NCBI GenBank assembly: GCA_964543765.1
Contig: CAZIZI010000001.1
Location: 50,062 to 114,061 of the forward strand
Source: an uncultured Thermodesulfobacteriota bacterium
Lineage (GTDB): Bacteria; Desulfobacterota; B13-G15
Reading direction: 5' to 3'
DNA: 64,000 bases
In this document: positions 41,781 to 51,672 of the stretch, piece by piece
How positions within the stretch are numbered: the stretch's first letter is position 1
Layout: the number at the start of each line of letters is the position of its first letter
Translations under genes and position numbers: made by a program
The notes under the pieces: generated by a model
Told to the model about the DNA's origin: nothing
The model's input: the letters and a program-made list of their open reading frames with translations, nothing else
Databases searched by the model: none

Positions 41781-43082
41781 ATGATAGAAAGGTATACGAG
41801 ACCTAAAATGGCCCAATTATGGAGTGAGGAGAATAAGCTAAAGAAATGGCTCCAGGTTGAACTTGCCGTGTGTGAAGCCTGGACGAAGTTAGGGGTGATC
41901 CCCGAGGGGGACTTTAAAGAGATAGTGGAGAAAGCCCGTTTAGACCCTCAAAGGGTTAAGGAACTCGAAAAGGAGACGAGACACGATGTGGCAGCTTTTG
42001 TAATGCAACTGGAGGAATCCATAGGGCCTGCAGGGAGATGGATCCATTTTGGTTTGACCTCTTACGATGTGGTAGATACAGGATTATGCCTCCTCCTTAG
42101 GGAAGCCCTTTCCATAATCCTTGAAGACCTTGAGGAGGTGATGGAGGTTTTAAAGGACAAGGCTTTCCAGTATAAAGATACGCCCATGATCGGAAGGACC
42201 CATGGGGTTCATGCCGAGCCCATAACCTTCGGATTTAAGCTTGCCCTTTGGTACGATGAGATGAAACGCAACCGGAAAAGGCTTCTTCGAGCTTTGGAGA
42301 CTATAAGCGTGGGAAAGATCTCAGGTGCGGTGGGGACGTACGCGAACGTCCCACCTCAGGTTGAACAATACGTTTCTCAAAAATTAGGCCTTATCCCAAC
42401 GCCTTCTTTCCAGGTGATATCGAGGGATAGACATGCGGAAGTTATGGCGATTCTTTCCATTTTGGCCTCTTCGATTGAGAAAATAGCCTTGGAGATAAGA
42501 CACCTCCAAAGGACTGAGGTTCTGGAAGTCGAGGAGCCCTTCTCCGAAGGCCAGAAGGGATCCTCTGCCATGCCCCATAAGCGGAACCCCGTGGTAGCCG
42601 AAAACCTCTGTGGTCTTGCGAGACTCGTAAGGGGTTATCTAATCTCAGCCTTGGAGAACATAGCCCTTTGGCATGAAAGGGATATAAGCCATTCCTCGGT
42701 GGAAAGGATTATCCTTCCCGATGCTACGATCCTGCTTGACTTCATGCTTTCAAGGCTGAAGGAACTCCTTAAAGGAATGAGGGTTTATCCCTCTCGGATG
42801 TATCAAAACCTCTTGATAACCAAAGGGTTGATATTTTCCGAGGCTTTGATGCTTAAGTTAATAAAGAAGGGACTTTTGAGAAGTGAAGCTTACACTATCG
42901 TTCAACGTAACGCCCTTGAAGCCTGGCAGAAGGGTGAGGACTTTAAGGAGTTAATAAAAAGGGATCAACAAGTTCGAGCTTTATTAAGCGAAGAAGAAAT
43001 AAAGGAGTGTTTTTCCTTGACAAAACACCTTGAGCACATTAACTTTGTGTTTGACAAGGTCTTTAAAGACTCGGAGGTATGA
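41781..43082 (+). CDS. purB: Adenylosuccinate lyase
   Basis: MIERY, HFGLTS, GRTHGVHAEP, signature GSSAMPHKRNP. Confidence 0.97.
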   Translation: MIERYTRPKMAQLWSEENKLKKWLQVELAVCEAWTKLGVIPEGDFKEIVEKARLDPQRVKELEKETRHDVAAFVMQLEESIGPAGRWIHFGLTSYDVVDTGLCLLLREALSIILEDLEEVMEVLKDKAFQYKDTPMIGRTHGVHAEPITFGFKLALWYDEMKRNRKRLLRALETISVGKISGAVGTYANVPPQVEQYVSQKLGLIPTPSFQVISRDRHAEVMAILSILASSIEKIALEIRHLQRTEVLEVEEPFSEGQKGSSAMPHKRNPVVAENLCGLARLVRGYLISALENIALWHERDISHSSVERIILPDATILLDFMLSRLKELLKGMRVYPSRMYQNLLITKGLIFSEALMLKLIKKGLLRSEAYTIVQRNALEAWQKGEDFKELIKRDQQVRALLSEEEIKECFSLTKHLEHINFVFDKVFKDSEV

Positions 43083-43083
43083 A

Positions 43084-43260
43084 ATGTCAGCTTTGGCGTT
43101 GATAATTTCCATCATTGCCCTCATTTTGGCTATCTCTGCCTATCAGCGGACCGGTGGTGAGGGTGAGCTAAAGAAACGTTTGGATGAGCTGAGGGAAAAG
43201 ACGGCCGACCTTTTGGATAAAGTAGAACAAGCCTTAAGGAAGAAGGAACAATCACTTTAA
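43084..43260 (+). CDS. Small single-TM hypothetical protein (58 aa)
   Basis: SD GGAGG; MSALALIISIIALILAISAYQRTGG followed by a coiled-coil-like tail; fills the purB-CDF gap. Confidence 0.65.
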   Translation: MSALALIISIIALILAISAYQRTGGEGELKKRLDELREKTADLLDKVEQALRKKEQSL

Positions 43261-43263
43261 GAC

Positions 43264-44190
43264 ATGGATGAAGGTCAATCGCGTTCTTTTCACGTCGTAA
43301 AGGTTGCCCTTTTGACAAATGTAATTATAGTGCTAATGAAAACGGGGGCAGCTATTTTTACCGGTAGCAGTGTCCTTTTGGCTGAGGCGTTTCATTCAGC
43401 AGCCGACACCTCAAATGAAGTACTTTTACTTTTGGGGATAAAGTTAAGTCGGCGCCCCCCGGATCGAGAGCACCCTTTTGGCTACGGGAAAGAAGGTTAT
43501 TTCTGGGGGTTTGTAGTCTCGATCTTGATCTTTGGGATTGGGGCTGGTTTGTCGGTATTTGAGGGCATCCATAAGATCCTCAGGCCGCATCCTCTTCATA
43601 ATATAAAGGTAGGATATGTGATTTTGGGAATTTCGGCTCTTTGTGATTTTCTCTCGTGGAGAGTGGCTTTTAAGGAATTTATGCCTCTTATAAAAAGGCT
43701 TGGGTTTTTTGGCGCCATAAAAAAATCCAAAACCCCCGCCATTTTCATCGTTTTACTTGAAGATACGGCTGGGCTTTTAGGTGTGATTTTGGCCTTTTTG
43801 ACCCTTTCTTTGAGCCAAATTTTAGGAAATGTGGTTTTTGACGGCCTTGGTTCCATCGGCATTGGGGTTTTACTCGGTTTTGTGGCCTTTCTCGTATCAA
43901 GGGAAACCAAAAGCCTACTTATCGGGGAAGCGGTTTCTGAGGATGATCTTCAAAAGATCAGGGAGGCTGTAAAGAGGGTTTCTGAAGTGCAGGAAGTATT
44001 GGAACTTTTGACCATGCACCTTGGTCCGGATGAGGTTTTGGTGAACGTGAATGTGAACTTTGTCGACGGTTTAAATACCGATCAGGTAGAAGAGGCGATA
44101 GATAAGGTGGAGAAGGCCATACGAAGTGTCCTTCCTACGGTTAAGCAGGTGTTTGTAGAAGCGGAGTCCCTTCGAAGGGAGAAGGTTTGA
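43264..44190 (+). CDS. Cation diffusion facilitator family transporter
   Basis: AEAFHSAAD, HPFGYGKE, VLLEDTAG, C-terminal dimerisation domain. Confidence 0.9.
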   Translation: MDEGQSRSFHVVKVALLTNVIIVLMKTGAAIFTGSSVLLAEAFHSAADTSNEVLLLLGIKLSRRPPDREHPFGYGKEGYFWGFVVSILIFGIGAGLSVFEGIHKILRPHPLHNIKVGYVILGISALCDFLSWRVAFKEFMPLIKRLGFFGAIKKSKTPAIFIVLLEDTAGLLGVILAFLTLSLSQILGNVVFDGLGSIGIGVLLGFVAFLVSRETKSLLIGEAVSEDDLQKIREAVKRVSEVQEVLELLTMHLGPDEVLVNVNVNFVDGLNTDQVEEAIDKVEKAIRSVLPTVKQVFVEAESLRREKV

Positions 44191-44191
44191 T

Positions 44192-44788
44192 TTAAAGCTC
44201 CCTACGTCCCTCTAAGGCGCTTATTAAGGTTTGAGGGTCAGCGTATTCCACTTCACTTCCTGCAGGCAGTCCCTGGGCTAAACGCGTTATTCTTATTCCC
44301 AGAGGTTTGAGGGTTCTAAGAAGGTAAAGGGCCGTAGCTTCTCCTTCCACGTCGGGATCGGTGGCCAAAATAATCTCCCGAGGTTTTACCCTTTTAATCC
44401 TTTCCAAAAGCTCTTTGATTTTTAACTCTTTAGGGCCTATACCTTCCAAGGGGGAGATAGCCCCGTGAAGCACATGATAAAGGCCTTTGAAGCTCAAGGT
44501 GTTTTCTATGGCCAGAAGCGCTTCCACATCCTCAACGACACATATAAGCCCTTTGTCTCTTTTGGGATCCGAACAGATGGAACAGAGGGTGCTTTCGCCT
44601 ATGTTAAAACATTGAGAACAAAGGCGCACTTTCTCCACCATTTCTCGTAATAACTGGGAGAGGAGTTTGGTATCTTCTTGGTTTTTAAGTAGATAAAAAA
44701 CATAGCGAGAGGCCGTTTTTCGTCCCACGCCGGGTAGTCTCATCAGGGTCTCTATAAGGTTCTCGATCGTTTGGGGATATCGAGGCAT
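44192..44788 (-). CDS. recR: Recombination mediator RecR
   Basis: LPGVGRKTASR, C4 zinc finger, YHVLHGAISP, TOPRIM DPDVEGEATA. Confidence 0.97.
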   Translation of the reverse strand: MPRYPQTIENLIETLMRLPGVGRKTASRYVFYLLKNQEDTKLLSQLLREMVEKVRLCSQCFNIGESTLCSICSDPKRDKGLICVVEDVEALLAIENTLSFKGLYHVLHGAISPLEGIGPKELKIKELLERIKRVKPREIILATDPDVEGEATALYLLRTLKPLGIRITRLAQGLPAGSEVEYADPQTLISALEGRREL

Positions 44789-44791
44789 CTT

Positions 44792-45103
44792 TCAAAAGAG
44801 ACCCGGTATGGGGAGCCCTCCGGTTAATTTTTTCAATTCCTCGATCCAAAGCTCCTGTGATCTCTTCAAGGCCTCGTTAACCGCTGCTATGATGAGGTCT
44901 TCCAGGAGCTCCTTGTCGCCCGTTTGAAAGATCTCCGGTTCTATTGAGAGCGAGACAAGTTGCTGTCGGCCGTTCATGACCACCTTAACCATCCCACCGC
45001 CCGAACTTGCCTCCACCGTTCGAGAGGAAAGCTCCTGTTGAAGCTCTTCCATCTTCTCCTTGATCTTTTGGGTTTGCCTTATGAGATCAGAAAGCCCTTT
45101 CAC
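44792..45103 (-). CDS. ybaB: Nucleoid-associated protein YbaB/EbfC
   Basis: SSGGGMVKV, LEDLIIAAVNEA; upstream of recR; GTG start with AGGAGG. Confidence 0.93.
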   Translation of the reverse strand: MKGLSDLIRQTQKIKEKMEELQQELSSRTVEASSGGGMVKVVMNGRQQLVSLSIEPEIFQTGDKELLEDLIIAAVNEALKRSQELWIEELKKLTGGLPIPGLF

Positions 45104-45126
45104 TTCTTTCCTCCTTATTTAAAAGA

Positions 45127-45155
45127 ATCATAACACCCGAATCTCAACACCTCAA
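45127..45155 (-). promoter_or_regulatory. Sigma70-type promoter for ybaB-recR
   Basis: Minus strand TTGAGG-17 bp-TATGAT with TGn extension. Confidence 0.5.
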
Positions 45156-45160
45156 GCTCC

Positions 45161-45190
45161 TTGACCCTTTGGGAAAAAGGAAATTACAAT
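45161..45190 (+). promoter_or_regulatory. Sigma70-type promoter for mre operon
   Basis: TTGACC-18 bp-TACAAT upstream of the mreB SD GGAGG. Confidence 0.5.
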
Positions 45191-45211
45191 TTTTCCTGAA
45201 GGAGGGTCAAA

Positions 45212-46246
45212 ATGCTGGATTTTATCGCGAGCCTTTTTTCAACCGACGTGGCCCTTGATCTTGGGACCGCTAATACTTTGGTCTACGTGAAGGGTAAAGG
45301 TATTGTGGCCAATGAGCCTTCGGTAGTGGCTTTGAAAAAGGAAGGCAGGAATGGGAAAAAGGTCTTAGCCGTTGGGCTTGAAGCCAAGGAGATGTTGGGT
45401 CGGACCCCCGGTAACATAATAGCCATAAGGCCTTTAAGGGAGGGAGTGATAGCGGATTTTGAAGCAGCTGAGGAGATGATAAGGTATTTTCTCATAAAGG
45501 CTCACAGACGGAACACCTTTGTTAGGCCAAGGGTGGTCATCTCGATCCCTTCTGGAATCACCCAGGTGGAAAAAAGAGCAGTTAAGGAATCGGCTGAGGC
45601 AGCTGGGGCACGGGAGGTTTACTTAGTCGAACAACCCCTTGCAGCGGCCATAGGGGCTGGGCTTCCCATAACGGAACCGGTTGGCAATATGGTGGTGGAG
45701 ATAGGGGGAGGTACGACGGAGGTGGCGGTCATTTCCTTAAGTGGCATTGTGGTGAAAAATTCAGTCCGAGTCGGTGGTGACAAAATGGACGAAGCCATAG
45801 TTCAATATATGAGGAAGAAATATAACCTCTTTATCGGCGAAAGAACCGCCGAGGAGATCAAGATAAAATTGGGTAATGCCTGTCCCGAATACGATCCGGA
45901 GGAGACCATTGAGGTTAAAGGTCGAGACCTAATCAGCGGAATACCTCGGGTTTGTGAGATAAATTCTTATGAGGTTAGAGAGGCTATAAATGAACCCTTA
46001 AATCAAATTGTACAGGCTATAAGGGAAACGTTAGAGAAAACCCCGCCCCAATTGGCTTCCGATTTGGTAGACAGGGGCATTATCATAAGCGGAGGGGGAT
46101 CGCTTCTCAGGAATATGGATCTTTTGATTCGTAAAAGTGTCGCCCTTCCCGTAACCCGAGTCGATGAGCCCCTTTTCACCGTGGTAAGGGGGGTTGGGCG
46201 GCTTTTGGATGATGTGCGGTTATTGAGAGAAGTAGCGAGCGATTAA
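45212..46246 (+). CDS. mreB: Rod shape-determining protein MreB
   Basis: DLGTANT, NEPSVVA, RPLREGVIADF, IGGGTTE, IGERTAEEIK. Confidence 0.97.
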   Translation: MLDFIASLFSTDVALDLGTANTLVYVKGKGIVANEPSVVALKKEGRNGKKVLAVGLEAKEMLGRTPGNIIAIRPLREGVIADFEAAEEMIRYFLIKAHRRNTFVRPRVVISIPSGITQVEKRAVKESAEAAGAREVYLVEQPLAAAIGAGLPITEPVGNMVVEIGGGTTEVAVISLSGIVVKNSVRVGGDKMDEAIVQYMRKKYNLFIGERTAEEIKIKLGNACPEYDPEETIEVKGRDLISGIPRVCEINSYEVREAINEPLNQIVQAIRETLEKTPPQLASDLVDRGIIISGGGSLLRNMDLLIRKSVALPVTRVDEPLFTVVRGVGRLLDDVRLLREVASD

Positions 46247-46250
46247 ATAA

Positions 46251-47039
46251 ATGCCCAAAAGAAGGTACTTTTTGCCTTTATTGATAGGTCTAATTTTATT
46301 CTCGCTGTCCCGAACGGGGGTTTTAAGAGAAGAGAGGATAAAGAGCTTTTCCCTTTCTTTGTTGTTTCCTTTTCAAAAGGCCTTCTCCTATGTTTACGGG
46401 AAAATTTACTCCTTTTTTGAGGATTATCTTCTTCTCCTTGACGTGAAGAAGGAAAACGAAAGGTTAAAAAGAGAACTGGAACGTCTAAAAATCGAGAATG
46501 CCCTCCTAAGAGAAGAAAAGCGAGAGGCGGAGAGGTTAAGAAGGCTTTTAGAGTTTAAAGAGGCCGTGAAGTTTAAGGTGGTTGCAGCGCGTCTAATAGG
46601 TGAAAGTCCTGATCCTCAATCCAAAACATTTTACATAGATAAGGGGTCACTCGACGGGATAAAGAAGGGAATGGCTGTTATAACACCTGATGGGATAGTC
46701 GGAAAAGTCCTTCTCACCGGTCCAAAAAGTTCGCTTGTACTTCCAATAATAGAAAGGGGGGCTTCCTTGAGCATAATGCTCGAGGATTCAGGGGCAAAGG
46801 GGATTCTTGAGGGGCAAGGAGGAAGATGTCTCCTTCGTTACCTTCCTCAAGAAGAACCGATCAGGGAAGGGGAGAGGATTTTGACCACCGGCCTTGATGG
46901 TGTATATCCAAAAGGCTTCCTGGTGGGTAGTGTGAGGAGAATCATCAAAAGACAGGGTGCGCTTTTCATAGAAGCCGAGGTTGAGCCTTCAGTGCGATTC
47001 GACAGGCTCGAAGAAGTCATGGTGATTAAGGAAAGATGA
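46251..47039 (+). CDS. mreC: Rod shape-determining protein MreC
   Basis: TM + coiled coil + beta domain (IDKGS, GIVGKV, TTGLDGVYPKG); synteny. Confidence 0.92.
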   Translation: MPKRRYFLPLLIGLILFSLSRTGVLREERIKSFSLSLLFPFQKAFSYVYGKIYSFFEDYLLLLDVKKENERLKRELERLKIENALLREEKREAERLRRLLEFKEAVKFKVVAARLIGESPDPQSKTFYIDKGSLDGIKKGMAVITPDGIVGKVLLTGPKSSLVLPIIERGASLSIMLEDSGAKGILEGQGGRCLLRYLPQEEPIREGERILTTGLDGVYPKGFLVGSVRRIIKRQGALFIEAEVEPSVRFDRLEEVMVIKER

Positions 47040-47515
47040 GAAGAAATGTCCTTTTTCTCTTAATAGGGTGGTTTTACCTTGTGATATTTAGCGTTTTAAG
47101 GGGCATTTTGGGGTCGAGATTTTTGTTTGATCCTCTCATGGTAATGGTGATTTATGGCATTTGGAGGAGGTATTCTCCTGAAGCGATACTTTTACTTGTA
47201 TTAATAGGTGATCTTCTCGGAGGAGAGGTTTTGGGACTTCAAACCATGAGCAAAATGTCAATGGGTTTGATCCTTCAGGGTTTACTTTCCCTTACGAGGC
47301 CTTCTTTTTTATGGCTTTTTCCAATGGTTTTGGTCTTTTCTTATTTGGGCTTCATTTTTCAAGAGCTTTTAGGGCATTTGACATCCCTTTGGGTTTTCAG
47401 CCTTCCCTCCTTTAAGTTAGCCTTATTCACAGCCCTTTCGGCGCTTTTTATCTTTCCCCTTAACGACTACATTTTTAAGAACGTAAGGCTCCTTTATGTC
47501 GAAAGGCTTCCCTAA
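47036..47515 (+). CDS. mreD: Rod shape-determining protein MreD (divergent)
   Basis: Hydrophobic 159 aa protein between mreC and mrdA; assignment mainly by synteny. Confidence 0.75.
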   Translation: MRRNVLFLLIGWFYLVIFSVLRGILGSRFLFDPLMVMVIYGIWRRYSPEAILLLVLIGDLLGGEVLGLQTMSKMSMGLILQGLLSLTRPSFLWLFPMVLVFSYLGFIFQELLGHLTSLWVFSLPSFKLALFTALSALFIFPLNDYIFKNVRLLYVERLP

Positions 47516-49259
47516 GGGAAAATGGCTTTTTTGGGTGATCTTGATCGTCTTTTTGATACTATTGGGAAGGATGTGGCAACTTCAGATAATCGAAGGGGAA
47601 AAATACCGACAATTGGCCGAAAAAAACCGCTTGCGTTTGGAAAAGGTTAACCCACCCCGGGGGAGGATCTTCGATCGGAAGGGAAGGTTAATTGTGGGCA
47701 ATAAGCCCTCTTTTGATCTTTTTGTGGTTCCGGCAGACTTGAAGGAGAAAGAGAGTTTTGCCCGTGAACTCTCTTCCTTTTTGGATTTATCGGAGGAAGA
47801 GATCCTTAGGAGGATCAATGGCGCGAGAAGTCCCTTTGAGATGGTGAGGCTTAAAAAGGATTTGAGCTTTGAAGAGTTAAGCAGGATAAGCGCAAACCTT
47901 TGGGATTTCCCCGCTTTGAGGATTTTGATAAGTCCAACAAGGGTTTATCCACAAGGCCCGGTGGCTCCCCATGTGATAGGCACCGTAGGAGAAATAACCC
48001 AAGAGGAGATAAGGCGCTTAAGGGATAAAGGGTATGGGGTCGGTGATTACATTGGAAAAAGCGGACTCGAATTACAATACGAGGAGCTTTTGAGGGGAAA
48101 GAAAGGAGGCAGACAGGTAGAGGTGGATGCCTTGGGAAGACGTATACGGGTCCTTCAGGAAATAGATCCACAATCCGGTTGGGACCTTTACTTGAACATT
48201 GACCTTGACCTTCAGCTTAAGGCTCAAAGCCTTCTTGAGGGGAAAAGGGGAGCCATTGTGGTGATGGACCCAAGAAGCGGAGAGATCCTCGCCATGGCGA
48301 GCTCTCCCTCCTTCGATCCAAGGGAATTTGGGCGATTTATAGATCCGGAGAAATGGCGTGCTCTGGCAGAGGACCCTTCTCATCCCTTTACCAACAGGGC
48401 TATTCAGGGCATTTATGCTCCAGGATCAGTCTTCAAAATCATAGTGGCTTTGGCGGCTTTGGCGATGGGCCAAGTAGAGCCTCAGGAAAGGTTTTATTGT
48501 TCCGGTTATTTTACCTTAGGGAATAGGAGTTTCCGATGTTGGAAAGAGGAGGGACACGGTTCGGTTGACCTTTATAAGGGGATCGTTCAGTCATGTGATG
48601 TCTATTTTTATCAACTGAGTTTAAGGATTGGCCCCAAGGCGATGATCGAGTTTGCGAAATGGTTCGGCCTCGGAGATTTTACCGGGATAGATCTTCCGGG
48701 TGAAAAAAAAGGCTTTTTGCCTTATCCCCAAAGGGGAAAGTGGTTCGGCGGGGATACGGTAGTCATGGCCATAGGACAGGGGCGTTTAACGGTTACTCCC
48801 TTACAATTGGCTACCTTTATAAGTGCGATCGCCAATGATGGGAAGCTTTACCGACCCCTTTTGGTGAGAGAAGCGAGAGACCCAAGTGGAAAGATAATTC
48901 ATTTTAACCCCCAACTCAAGAGAGAGATCCCTTTATCCCAAGAGATTTTTCAAGTGGTTAAAACCGCGCTAGAAGGGGTCGTTGAGGATCCTCAGGGGAC
49001 AGGAAGGGCATCGAGATTAGAAGGGATAAAAGTGGCGGGCAAAACCGGTACGGCCCAAGTAAGGGGTATGCCCCAAAGGGTGAAGGATCCTTTATTACTT
49101 CCTTACGAACATAGGGATCATGCGTGGTTTGTGGCTTATGCCGATGCGAATTATCCGAGCATCGCGGTTTCGGTTTTGGTGGAACATGGGGGTACCGGAG
49201 GAGGGGCAGCAGCCCCTTTGGCGAGAGAACTGATAAAATATTGGCTGGGTGCTCAATAA
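47496..49259 (+). CDS. mrdA: Penicillin-binding protein 2
   Basis: RGRIFDR, IGKSGLE, SxxK (SVFK), SCD, KTGTAQ. Confidence 0.95.
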   Translation: MSKGFPKGKWLFWVILIVFLILLGRMWQLQIIEGEKYRQLAEKNRLRLEKVNPPRGRIFDRKGRLIVGNKPSFDLFVVPADLKEKESFARELSSFLDLSEEEILRRINGARSPFEMVRLKKDLSFEELSRISANLWDFPALRILISPTRVYPQGPVAPHVIGTVGEITQEEIRRLRDKGYGVGDYIGKSGLELQYEELLRGKKGGRQVEVDALGRRIRVLQEIDPQSGWDLYLNIDLDLQLKAQSLLEGKRGAIVVMDPRSGEILAMASSPSFDPREFGRFIDPEKWRALAEDPSHPFTNRAIQGIYAPGSVFKIIVALAALAMGQVEPQERFYCSGYFTLGNRSFRCWKEEGHGSVDLYKGIVQSCDVYFYQLSLRIGPKAMIEFAKWFGLGDFTGIDLPGEKKGFLPYPQRGKWFGGDTVVMAIGQGRLTVTPLQLATFISAIANDGKLYRPLLVREARDPSGKIIHFNPQLKREIPLSQEIFQVVKTALEGVVEDPQGTGRASRLEGIKVAGKTGTAQVRGMPQRVKDPLLLPYEHRDHAWFVAYADANYPSIAVSVLVEHGGTGGGAAAPLARELIKYWLGAQ

Positions 49260-49261
49260 CC

Positions 49262-50344
49262 GTGAAAGGTTGGTTAAAGGACTTTTCGGGATTGCTTTAC
49301 GTTTTGGGCCTTTTGATCATAGGCCTCATTAACCTTTGGAGCGCTTCCAATACGGGGGGCATCACCCTTTTTACTAAACAAATCCTATGGGTACTCATAG
49401 GTTCCGCTTTGGGATTATGGTGTTGCCTTACCGATTATAAACAATTCGAAACCTTCGCTTATTACCTCTATTTTGGAGGAGTAGTTTTACTCGGCTTACT
49501 TTACCCCTTTGGAGTAAAGATAGAGGGGGCAAAAAGGTGGCTGGGTTTTGCGGGGTTTTATATCCAGCCATCCGAGTTCGCCAAGCTCGGCTTAATAGTG
49601 GCATTAGCCCGTTACTTTTCAAAAAGACCTGTACAAGGGGATTTAAGCCTTTCCGAATTAGGCCTTCCCATATTGATGGTCCTTTTGCCTTTTTGTTTGG
49701 TGGTCTTTCAACCGGATCTTGGAACAGGGCTGGTCTTAGTAGGCATATTGGGAATCGTGACCTTATGGATAGGGTTGGAGAAAAGGGACCTTCTCTTTCT
49801 CGGGGTTTTAACTACGATTGGGTGTTTAGGGGGATGGTTTTTATTAAAAGACTACCAGAAACAGAGAATACTCTCTTTTCTGGACCCCTGGAGAGATCCT
49901 CTTGGGACGGGGTATCACTTGATACAGTCTAAGATCGCCATAGGTTCGGGCGGTATCTGGGGCAAGGGGATTTGCCTTGGTACTCAGGCAAGGCTTGGTT
50001 TTTTACCCGAGTATCATACCGATTTCGTCTTTGCTCTGCTCGGGGAAGAATGGGGGTTTGCGGGAGCAGTAGTTGTGATTTTGTTGTTTTTGGGGTTCCT
50101 TCTCTGGGCCTTTGAGACTGCCCAAAAGGCAAAGGATCCTTTTGGTAGGTTTTTGGCTATGGGCATTATGAGTTTGTTTTTGTTACACGTCACCATTAAT
50201 ATAGGAATGGCGCTAGGGTTGTTACCAGTTGTGGGATTGCCTCTTCCTTTCTTTAGTTACGGTGGCTCATGTATGGTAGTAAGTTTGCTGGCTGTAGGGC
50301 TCTTATTATCCATAAGGAAAAGACGCCGCTTTTTTGGAACTTGA
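49262..50344 (+). CDS. rodA: Peptidoglycan glycosyltransferase RodA
   Basis: GAKRW, IQPSEFAK, QPDLG, GYHLIQSKIAIGSGG, PEYHTDF, PFFSYGGS; GTG start at 49262. Confidence 0.95.
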   Translation: MKGWLKDFSGLLYVLGLLIIGLINLWSASNTGGITLFTKQILWVLIGSALGLWCCLTDYKQFETFAYYLYFGGVVLLGLLYPFGVKIEGAKRWLGFAGFYIQPSEFAKLGLIVALARYFSKRPVQGDLSLSELGLPILMVLLPFCLVVFQPDLGTGLVLVGILGIVTLWIGLEKRDLLFLGVLTTIGCLGGWFLLKDYQKQRILSFLDPWRDPLGTGYHLIQSKIAIGSGGIWGKGICLGTQARLGFLPEYHTDFVFALLGEEWGFAGAVVVILLFLGFLLWAFETAQKAKDPFGRFLAMGIMSLFLLHVTINIGMALGLLPVVGLPLPFFSYGGSCMVVSLLAVGLLLSIRKRRRFFGT

Positions 50345-50377
50345 ACCTAAACGATCGGATAAGGTAATATTCAGATA

Positions 50378-50797
50378 ATGATGAAGGGGGTAAATAAGGT
50401 AATCCTTGTGGGGAATTTAGGGGCGGACCCGGAGATTCGGTATTCATCTAATGGGACCCCCGTTACGATCTTCAGAATAGCGACCAACGAAAGTTGGCTC
50501 AATCGTGACACCGGCGAAAGAGAACAGAAAACCGAATGGCACAGGGTGGTGGCGTTTGGAAGGTTGGGGGAGATCTGTGCGGAATATTTAAGGAAGGGGA
50601 GACAGGTTTATGTGGAAGGGCGGTTAAGGACCCGTTCTTGGGAAGACCGCGATGGTAATAAGCGATACCTTACGGAAGTGGTGGCCACCAATGTGATTAT
50701 GCTGGGTCCGCCTGTGGATAGTGGAACCGAAGTGGAGATGGTGGAGGAAGATTCCTATCTTCAAGACCTTCCTCCAGAAGATGACGTTCCCTTTTAA
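50378..50797 (+). CDS. ssb: Single-stranded DNA-binding protein
   Basis: [23 protein letters not shown]-terminal DDVPF. Confidence 0.97.
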   Translation: MMKGVNKVILVGNLGADPEIRYSSNGTPVTIFRIATNESWLNRDTGEREQKTEWHRVVAFGRLGEICAEYLRKGRQVYVEGRLRTRSWEDRDGNKRYLTEVVATNVIMLGPPVDSGTEVEMVEEDSYLQDLPPEDDVPF

Positions 50798-50865
50798 AGG
50801 ATATTTACAACGTTAGGTAATTTTTGGTAAAAAAGAGTCTCATTAAAAAGCAGGAAGAGGAAGCG

Positions 50866-51399
50866 ATGGTAGAGATTCGTTTTCATGGAAGAGGAGGGCA
50901 GGGAGCAGTAACCTCGGCTGAACTTTTAGTGGTGGCGGCCATAAACGAGGGTAAATATGGTTTGGCTTTACCGAGCTTTGGTCCTGAGAGAAGGGGTGCT
51001 CCGGTTATGGCCTTTGCTCGGATAAGTGAGAGTCCTATTAGGGTGAGAAGTGGGGTATGGAGACCCGATATAATTGTGGTTTTGGATCCGGGGCTTCTTA
51101 AAAACGGAAATGTATTGGACGGGCTTAAAGAAGATGGAGTTGTGGTGGTGAATGCTTCGGAAAGGCCCTCTTTGCCCGAAGGTATAAAAGTGGCCTGGGT
51201 CAACGCCACTCAGATAGCTCGGGAGGAATTAGGGCTCCCTATAACAAATACCACAATGCTTGGGGGCCTTATAAAAGCGGTGCCATTGGTAAAGGTGGAG
51301 TCTTTTTTTGAGCCTTTTATTAAAAGGTTTGGCAAAATGGGAGAGAAAAACTTTGAAGCCCTAAAAAGGGCTTACGAAGAGACGAGGGTTGAGAGATGA
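50866..51399 (+). CDS. porC: Pyruvate/2-oxoacid:ferredoxin oxidoreductase gamma subunit
   Basis: EIRFHGRGGQG, FGPERRGAPV, NTTMLG; start reassigned to 50866 after GAGG. Confidence 0.9.
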   Translation: MVEIRFHGRGGQGAVTSAELLVVAAINEGKYGLALPSFGPERRGAPVMAFARISESPIRVRSGVWRPDIIVVLDPGLLKNGNVLDGLKEDGVVVVNASERPSLPEGIKVAWVNATQIAREELGLPITNTTMLGGLIKAVPLVKVESFFEPFIKRFGKMGEKNFEALKRAYEETRVER

Positions 51400-51671
51400 A
51401 GCTCAGCTGGAGAGAAATTAAGCCAGGGGCCGTGATCACTGAGCCCGGAAGTTCAAGAAATTTAAGGACTGGCGATTGGAGGAATGAAAGACCTGTAGTG
51501 GAGAAGGAAAAGTGTAACAAGTGTGGCATATGTTACCTCTTTTGTCCCGAGGGGGCTATTTATGAAACCGAGGATGGATATTTTGAAAGCCACCTGTATT
51601 ACTGTAAAGGTTGTGGACTTTGCGCCCATGAATGTCCCCAAGGGGCGATAAAGATGGTTTTGGAGGTATGA
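51396..51671 (+). CDS. porD: Pyruvate/2-oxoacid:ferredoxin oxidoreductase delta subunit
   Basis: TGDWR, CNKCGICYLFCP, CKGCGLCAHECP. Confidence 0.92.
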   Translation: MKLSWREIKPGAVITEPGSSRNLRTGDWRNERPVVEKEKCNKCGICYLFCPEGAIYETEDGYFESHLYYCKGCGLCAHECPQGAIKMVLEV

Positions 51672-51672
51672 G

